Assembly: GCA_013416795.1 (NCBI GenBank)
Contig: RQSC01000028.1
Coordinates: 404,534-468,533 of the forward strand
Reading direction: 5' to 3'
Length of the DNA stretch: 64,000 bases
Source of the DNA: Prasinococcaceae sp. CCMP 1430
Lineage: Eukaryota > Plantae > Prasinodermophyta
Shown: in pieces, positions 57,754 to 64,000 of the stretch
Layout: every line of letters starts with the position of its first letter
Numbering within the stretch: the stretch's first letter is position 1
Program-made: the position numbers and the translations under genes
The notes under the pieces: model-generated
Told to the model about the DNA's origin: nothing
What the model saw: only the letters and a program-made list of their open reading frames with translations
Databases searched by the model: none

Positions 57754-58836
57754 TCACATGTTCGGCACGTTCCGAAGTGCCGCGAGCACCTCGAGCGCGG
57801 TGGGCCTCTCGCCTGGTGTATGCGCGGCGCAAGTCTCGATGATGTCACGCAGCTCGCGCGGACAGCTCAGCGGCTGGGGCGGGCGCTCACCGGCGCACAC
57901 GCGTGTCTTTATGTCGGCAGGCTCGACTCCGTCCCACGGGCACTGTCGCGCCACGAGTTCCCACAGCACCATGCCCAACGCGTACACGTCGCTCGCGGGA
58001 GAGGCCGCCACGCCCTGACTGAACATTTCGGGCTGCGCAAGTGCCCGCGTGCGTACGCGAGGTGTCAGCGCCCGCTTCCCGCACTCCTGGCAGCTCGCCG
58101 CCTCGAATCGGGGCCCATCGCGCTCGCGCGCCCACGCGCGCGAGCGAGGCGCGCGCGCCCGCACCGCCATGTACGCTGGTGTGCCCGCACCACGCTTCTT
58201 GCCAGACGCGAGGCCGAAATCGGCCAGTTTGCAGCGCCACGCGCGGTCGACGAGCACGTTTGCGGGTTTCAGGTCTTGATGCACCACAGCGGGTTGCCTG
58301 TTGTGCAGGTACGCCAGCGCGCGGCAGATGTCCGAGCCGACTTCCTGCGCGGCAGCGCGGCGCCGCGGCAGCAGCACGCCGTGGGAGCGTCGTGTGTGTG
58401 TCGTGGTAAGTGCTCTTGGTATTGCACGGGGCACGACCCCACGCGCACGCTCAGTCACAGATGGGAGGCATGCGTGCGAGCTCACGCTCACCTTGATGCG
58501 CTTACGATCAACGTCGATCTGCGACGCGTGCAAGACCTCGTGCAGCGACTTGGGCAAGTACTCGAAGACGAGGCGCAGCTCTGACGGCGGCTCGGTGACA
58601 GCGCCGAGCAGCTGCACCACGTGCGGGTGGCGTAGGTCGCGCAGAGCGAGTAACTCATCGTCGAACTCCGCGCGCGCGGCCGCGGCGTCGTCGGCACCCG
58701 CGCCGAAGAATCGCTTCACCGCCACGGGTGTCGACAGCCACATGGCCCGGTGCACCGTGGAGTAAGCGCCACCGCCGACGCGCTCGCGCTCATCGAGCTC
58801 GGTCGCGTCGATCGCGAGGCGCGCGAGGGACGACAT
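57754..58836 (-). CDS. Small Raf-like/TKL protein kinase (kinase domain only); exons 58836-58492, 58344-58165, 58032-57754
   Basis: GGGAYSTV, VAVK, LRHPHVVQLLG, HQDLKPANVL, DFG, GTPAYMA|PE, SDVYALG..LWEL. Confidence 0.92.
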   Translation of the reverse strand: MSSLARLAIDATELDERERVGGGAYSTVHRAMWLSTPVAVKRFFGAGADDAAAARAEFDDELLALRDLRHPHVVQLLGAVTEPPSELRLVFEYLPKSLHEVLHASQIDVDRKRIKVSVSSHACLPSVTERARGVVPRAIPRALTTTHTRRSHGVLLPRRRAAAQEVGSDICRALAYLHNRQPAVVHQDLKPANVLVDRAWRCKLADFGLASGKKRGAGTPAYMAVRARAPRSRAWARERDGPRFEAASCQECGKRALTPRVRTRALAQPEMFSQGVAASPASDVYALGMVLWELVARQCPWDGVEPADIKTRVCAGERPPQPLSCPRELRDIIETCAAHTPGERPTALEVLAALRNVPNM

Positions 58837-59476
58837 GCCCGCGCGCCCGCCCGCCCCGGATCTGCGGGCCGGCAGCCGGCCACGCACATGCGCCGCAGCG
58901 CGCACGCGCTGTGGCCCACCGCATCCCGCCTGCGCCCCCCCCTCCCGCCCCCTTCCAATCCCCGCGCCCCGCCCCTGCCGCACCGCCGCCCCTCCCTCCG
59001 CCCGCGGGGAGGCCGCCGTGCTTGCTGCGTGCGCCCCACATCGGGATCGAGGCGCGCCACCGCATTCATGGTTTTTCGAATTCGCGTGGTATCGTCGCCG
59101 GCGGCGCCAGCCTCGCTCGCGCGCGCGCGCGGCGCGCGCGCGCGCGCGCGGGGGAACCAGAACCGGAACCATTTCTTCTCCGCGCTTCTGTCTCGGCGAT
59201 GCGGGTGCGGATTGAAAGACGCGGAAGCCGGGCATTTCGACGCGCGGGTGCGTGTCGCCCTTCGAGTTTTCGCGCGCGCGCGCGCGCGCGCGCCACACCG
59301 CGCGCGTGGTCGGGCGCGCGCGCGGAGACAGGGGGCAGCAGAGGCTCGCCTGGCCGGGGTCCCCGCGGCTTCGCCCGAGCGAGCAGAGGCAGGAAGAGGG
59401 GGCGCGGGCGAGCTCCGCCCCGCCTCCCCGAGCTCGCGCGACCGATGCCCGCGCGCGCGCGCGTGCCTGGGCCGGC

Positions 59477-62400
59477 ATGGCGCGCGGGGCGGGCGACGTG
59501 CCGCTCGTGCTGCGCGTGCGCGTGCGCGAGGGGCGCGGCTTCCCGGAGGCTCCGGGCGCACAGCTGATCGACCTCGCCTCCGGCTCGCCCGAGGGCGCGC
59601 TCGACGGCGCCGAGGCGTACTACGTCAGCTGCGAATTCAACGGCGAGCTCTGCGAGACGGCGGCGGTCGCGCGGCCACGGTGGGGCGGCGAGCGCGGCGA
59701 ACTTGAGTGGCGGCTCAGCAAGGGCGAGCTCCGCCGCTGCCTGGCAGGGGGCGGGCAGGCCAAGCTCGTGTGCTGGCTCAGGCGCGGGCCGGCTTCCTGG
59801 GAACAGCTGGGATGGCTTGTGCTCGACATGAAGAGCGCACGCGCCAACGCCGACCGGATGGCAACCGGCGAGGACGGTGCTGACTTCGGGCGGTGGTACC
59901 CGCTCACGGGCAGCGGCCGCCAGGGCGCCGCCCTCGCGCAGCTGCGTGTGTTTCACTCGCTCGAGGAGGACTCCCTCGCCATGTGTGAGCAGGAGGACAC
60001 CCAGCCGCTCGGCGGGAAGGAGGACGCCCCCGAAGCCGCACGAGGTGGCGCTTCCGACGGCTTCGAGATCGAGGAGGTGGCCGCGACCGAAGTTGACAAC
60101 CTGGCAGACGCGTGGTGCAACGCCTCGGTGGAGGAGTACGGCGACGAACCCGCCATGGCCGGAGATGACGCGGCCGCCGCTGCCGACGTCGTTACCGAAC
60201 GCGCGCACGAGGCTGCGCGTAGCAGCGACAGCGCGGCCGCGCACGCGCCCGAGAGGGTGGCCGAGGCCGAGGCAAGGGCTGAGATGACGGACGAAGCCGG
60301 TACGGGCGCTGAGGACGACGCAGACGCCGAAGCGGCGATCGTCGAGGCTGCCGAGACAGGCGCCATAATGGCCGCTGCAGCGACTGGGCCGCGCCTAGAG
60401 CCCGGCCCCGCCGCTTCGCCGCCGCCGCGCGCCAGCAGGCTGCCCGCACCCGGATTTCTCGCGGCGTCGGTAGACGTCGCAATCGCCGAGGTGTCCTCGA
60501 CCGTCGCTGAATTAGCATCCGAGGTCGCCGACGACGGCGTCGCTGAGGGGGCAGATGACAGCTTCCACGTTGAGTCCACGCCAAGGCTGAACATGCCACC
60601 CGAAGCGTTCCTCTCGATTCTCGACTCGGTGATGGGCGCGCCGTCGCCGGCGCTCGTTGCATCGCCCGCCGCCTCGCCGCCGGTAAGCGCCGAGGCCGCG
60701 GGCGACGAGGTCAAGGCCGATCCCGCCGAGGTTGAGGCGCAACCTCCGGCGCCGCCGCCCGCGGCTGTGGCTCTCGAGGTGGACGGCAGCGCCGACAGCG
60801 CCGTGCTGACAGGAGCGCTTCGCGAATCAGCAGCGGCCGCACTGAGCGCCCACGCAACTGTGACGTTGGGTGTGGTCGACAGCGCAGGCGAAGGTGGCGA
60901 GGGCCTCGCCGAGAGCGAAGGTCTCGTTGCGCCCGTCGTGGATGCTCCCGAGCCCGCGGCCGAGGCTGTTCCCGAGGTTGAGGCCGCGCCGGTGGCGGGC
61001 ACGAGCCTACCGCCCGCGCCTGGTCCGCCGATCTCGCTGCTGCCGCCCGCGAGCGAGATGGCGTCGGCGGCGCTGGTGCCGGAGGCACCCGACGCTATCG
61101 GCCAAGGCACCGCCGCGAAGACCGCCACGCCCGGGGACGACTCCGAGCTGGCCTTCACTTTTTCGGTGGCAGTGCCAACATTCCGCGCGTCCAAGAAGCT
61201 GCCAATGGCTTCCGCCAAGGTGTACACTCGCATCATTTTGCCGGCCGGCGTCGTGGGCAAGGGCAGGGCGCCCGTGCGCAGCGCGCCGCCGGCGGACTGC
61301 TCGCGCGGCGCACAGGTAGCGCTCCCAAACTCGGCCGCCTCGGTGGTCTTCGATTCGTCGGTGGTGCACGTGGCTCGCTCGATCGTGCGCGAGCAGTCGA
61401 TGAAGGTCGAGGTGTGGCACAGGGACTCGCTACGCGCGGATTCAATGCTCGGCGTTGCGTCGGTGAATTTACAGCCGCTGCTCACAGCAGCGAGCGCCGA
61501 GGGCTCGGCGGCGGTGCTCGCCAAGGACAAAGGGAGGGCTGTCGAGGTGGGCAAGCTGCACGTTGTGCTCGCCCTAGACGCTGCGCCCAAGGCGAGCCCC
61601 AGCACAGCCGCGACCAAGAGGACCAAGACGTCCAAGGCCGCAAGCGTCGCAGTGACGCCCGGCGCTGCGGCGAATCCCGCACTGTCAACGGCGGCACCCG
61701 CGCAGGCGGTCGCAGCCGCGCTGCCGACCGCCGCCGCGATGGCCGCCGCCGACGCAGTGGCTGCGTCGGCGCACACGTTCGGCGTTGCACCTGGTGCGGC
61801 TGCGCCTCCGCCGCCTGCACCACCCGCAGGCATCGCCTCGGCGGATTTCGGCGCGGCATGGGAGCTGGAGATGTGGAAGGACGCGGAAAAGGCGCGCTTC
61901 ACCGCAGCCATGCGCGAGCGCGAGCTTGCGCGCATGGACGCGCTGGAGAAGGCCTGGCGTGAAGGAGCTGAGGCGGGCGAGGTCGACATCGCGGAGCGGC
62001 GGGCGGCAGCGGCTGAAGTCGAGCGGCAGGCGCGCAAGACGCTCGAGCGGGCGCGGGCGCACGAGCGCGAGGCGGCCGCCCTCGCAGAGACCGCGCAGCT
62101 ACGCCACGATGCAGCCGAGCGCGAGATGCACGCACGCATCGCCGAAACCACGGCGGCCGCAAAGCGCGCCAAGGCCGAGGCCGCGAGCGCCGTGGACATC
62201 GAGCGGAGCCGTGCAAAAGAGGCCGTGCGCCTGCGCACAGCCGCGGAGGCGCAGCTCGAGGCGGAGCGCAAGCGCCTGGTTGCGCTCGAGAGCGAGTTCG
62301 ACGAATACCGTGCCAAGCAGCGCGCGACGCCCGAGGTGGCACTTCGCGCGGAGGTGGCCAGCCTCAAGGAGCGCCTGGCTGAGACTGAACGACGGCTCGA

Positions 62401-63439
62401 TACCACCGTCAAGGCGAAACGCAGGTACAAGGCGCACCTACGCACGGTGGTGCTCGAGCTAGGTCGCACGCAGCAGAAGGTGGTGGCCCAGGAGAAGGTC
62501 AAGTTGCGTGACCTTTCCGCGCGCGCGGACGTCGAACGCATCGCAGGCTACGCGGGCCGCCACGCAGATGGCCTCGAGGCCGAGCGCGTGGAGCTCTCTG
62601 ACATGCGCGAGCGCTTGCAGTCGCTGCGCAACGCCATCGAGGGCACGCTCGCCGACGATTCGGACAGCCGCGCTGCGGCGGCAGCCGCGATGGTGGCGGC
62701 CAAGCGCGGTGACACGCAGATGCCCACGGCTGCGGACGCGATCGAGGCCATGTTCATGCCGGAGCCCTCGCCCACGCCGGCTACCGCCTCTCCGCCGCCG
62801 TCTGCGCCGCCATCGGCCGTACCTCCGCCGTCTGCGCCACCGTGCGCCTCGGCTGGGGCAGATGAAGAATGTGCGGATGCGCAGCTGCGCGAGTCAGCAA
62901 CGGACGCCGAAGGCGTCGCAGGAGCGCTCGACGGTAGGTTTGAACAGGCCGAAGTCGAGGCGACCTCGGTGGATATCGAGGCCGCGTCCCATGACGAGGC
63001 CGAAATGGCAGAGAGCGCTGGCGGCGGGCAACCCGCGCCAGCGTCACCCAGGAGCCCTGTTCAAGCGGCGGCCGCCGGGTCGCCCTCGTCGTCGGTGCCG
63101 CCTACGCCACCGCGCAGCGCTCGCAGCAGCGTGGACGCCGGCGCGAGCGCAACCACCTCGAGCGCCGCCGGCGCTGCCGCACCAGCGCTGGCTCCGCTCC
63201 GGGGGAAGGCCGCCGCGCGCGAGGCCATTCGGCTCATGCGCGAGCGCTCCGCCTTGCTGGCAACCGGCGCGTACGCCGCCGATGACCCGCTCATCGTGGA
63301 GCTCGAGGGCAAAATTGCCGATCTGTCGGGCAGCGCCGAGGCGGCGTCACCGCCTGAGGGCAAAAGGCAGGGCGCCGCCAGAGGAAGGTCGGCTGCGCAG
63401 AGAAAGGAGCGCGGGCCGCAGCTGGTAGCAGGGGCATAA
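59477..63439 (+). CDS. CEP120: Centriolar protein CEP120 (UNI2-like), C2 domains plus coiled coil, intronless
   Basis: N-terminal C2 (LVLRVRVREGRGFP...EFNGE...LGWLVLDMKSA), later C2 (VEVWHRD...LGVASVNL), AWELEMWKDAE and KAKRRYK...ELGR coiled-coil motifs. Confidence 0.82.
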   Translation: MARGAGDVPLVLRVRVREGRGFPEAPGAQLIDLASGSPEGALDGAEAYYVSCEFNGELCETAAVARPRWGGERGELEWRLSKGELRRCLAGGGQAKLVCWLRRGPASWEQLGWLVLDMKSARANADRMATGEDGADFGRWYPLTGSGRQGAALAQLRVFHSLEEDSLAMCEQEDTQPLGGKEDAPEAARGGASDGFEIEEVAATEVDNLADAWCNASVEEYGDEPAMAGDDAAAAADVVTERAHEAARSSDSAAAHAPERVAEAEARAEMTDEAGTGAEDDADAEAAIVEAAETGAIMAAAATGPRLEPGPAASPPPRASRLPAPGFLAASVDVAIAEVSSTVAELASEVADDGVAEGADDSFHVESTPRLNMPPEAFLSILDSVMGAPSPALVASPAASPPVSAEAAGDEVKADPAEVEAQPPAPPPAAVALEVDGSADSAVLTGALRESAAAALSAHATVTLGVVDSAGEGGEGLAESEGLVAPVVDAPEPAAEAVPEVEAAPVAGTSLPPAPGPPISLLPPASEMASAALVPEAPDAIGQGTAAKTATPGDDSELAFTFSVAVPTFRASKKLPMASAKVYTRIILPAGVVGKGRAPVRSAPPADCSRGAQVALPNSAASVVFDSSVVHVARSIVREQSMKVEVWHRDSLRADSMLGVASVNLQPLLTAASAEGSAAVLAKDKGRAVEVGKLHVVLALDAAPKASPSTAATKRTKTSKAASVAVTPGAAANPALSTAAPAQAVAAALPTAAAMAAADAVAASAHTFGVAPGAAAPPPPAPPAGIASADFGAAWELEMWKDAEKARFTAAMRERELARMDALEKAWREGAEAGEVDIAERRAAAAEVERQARKTLERARAHEREAAALAETAQLRHDAAEREMHARIAETTAAAKRAKAEAASAVDIERSRAKEAVRLRTAAEAQLEAERKRLVALESEFDEYRAKQRATPEVALRAEVASLKERLAETERRLDTTVKAKRRYKAHLRTVVLELGRTQQKVVAQEKVKLRDLSARADVERIAGYAGRHADGLEAERVELSDMRERLQSLRNAIEGTLADDSDSRAAAAAAMVAAKRGDTQMPTAADAIEAMFMPEPSPTPATASPPPSAPPSAVPPPSAPPCASAGADEECADAQLRESATDAEGVAGALDGRFEQAEVEATSVDIEAASHDEAEMAESAGGGQPAPASPRSPVQAAAAGSPSSSVPPTPPRSARSSVDAGASATTSSAAGAAAPALAPLRGKAAAREAIRLMRERSALLATGAYAADDPLIVELEGKIADLSGSAEAASPPEGKRQGAARGRSAAQRKERGPQLVAGA

Positions 63440-63765
63440 TGCACGCGCTCTATCATTGACTACTCATACCCCAACAGGCCACACGGCACGCGCGCTTCTC
63501 CCTGTGGCGGATCGTACAGAACACGATCGTGTTACGCGCTCACGCGACGCGACGCGGCGACGCGTCGCGAGAGGCATGGATCCCACCCAGATCCCACCCA
63601 GCCGTGCGCGGCCGCGCGCGGGTGCGGCAGTGCTCGTGAAATGCCGCCGCGCGCGGCAGATACAGCTGTAGCTGCTAGCTGCGTGGTCCCCCCCCCCCGC
63701 CCCCCCCCGCCCAGTGGCAGACAATCGCACGAAACAGGAGGGCTGCCCAGTGCCGCGTCCCCACC

Positions 63766-63946
63766 TTAGTAGAGGCTGCCGATGCTGGTGAAGATGTTGT
63801 TGTGCGTGGGGTCGGCAAGGTGCTTGGTAACGTTGGCGTACGCACCCTCGCCAGTCACGGTAGCCTGGAAGACGCAGCCCAGCCACGCCACCATCGCGAG
63901 GCGCGCGTGCTTGATCTCCTTGAGCTTCAGGTCGGCCTCGTCGTAC
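63766..63946 (-). CDS. Last exon of a light-harvesting chlorophyll a/b-binding protein (LHCA- or LHCB4-like); rest lies beyond the window
   Basis: LKLKEIKHARLAMVAWLG..FQATVTGEG...HLADPTHNNIF helix 3/4 motif. Confidence 0.92.
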
Positions 63947-64000
63947 CTTCACGGGCGGTGCGCGCGCGCGCGGCGCGTGTCAGCGGGCGGCGGCGCAGCA

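Overview
This is GC-rich eukaryotic nuclear DNA from a green alga (Viridiplantae, prasinophyte-like; species cannot be determined from sequence). The assignment rests on a chlorophyll a/b LHC exon, plastid KASII and KASIII, a myosin XI-like motor, PAS1-type FKBP, LPA1 and RKD-type RWP-RK genes, and GT-AG introns with a CTGAC-type branch point. About 21 genes or gene fragments, one tRNA-Ser(CGA) and two N-gaps are present. Several genes are cilium/centriole genes (TCTEX1D2, CCDC146/MBO2, CEP120, a kinesin-4). Most striking, the kinesin-4 reading frame is restored only by two consecutive single-nucleotide exons (G at 34408 and G at 34140), each with its own branch point, AG and GT, rebuilding the conserved GKTYTMGT motif. 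Other anomalies: an orphan 3' end of a bacterial-type PEP carboxylase, and a ~2.3 kb foreign block between divergent KASII and KASIII genes that interrupts the KASII 5' end. That block contains an LTR-retroelement-like relic plus a bacterial trbL fragment. A DnaJ gene has a 1-nt frameshift. All homology calls are by recognition of motifs from memory; no database search was run.
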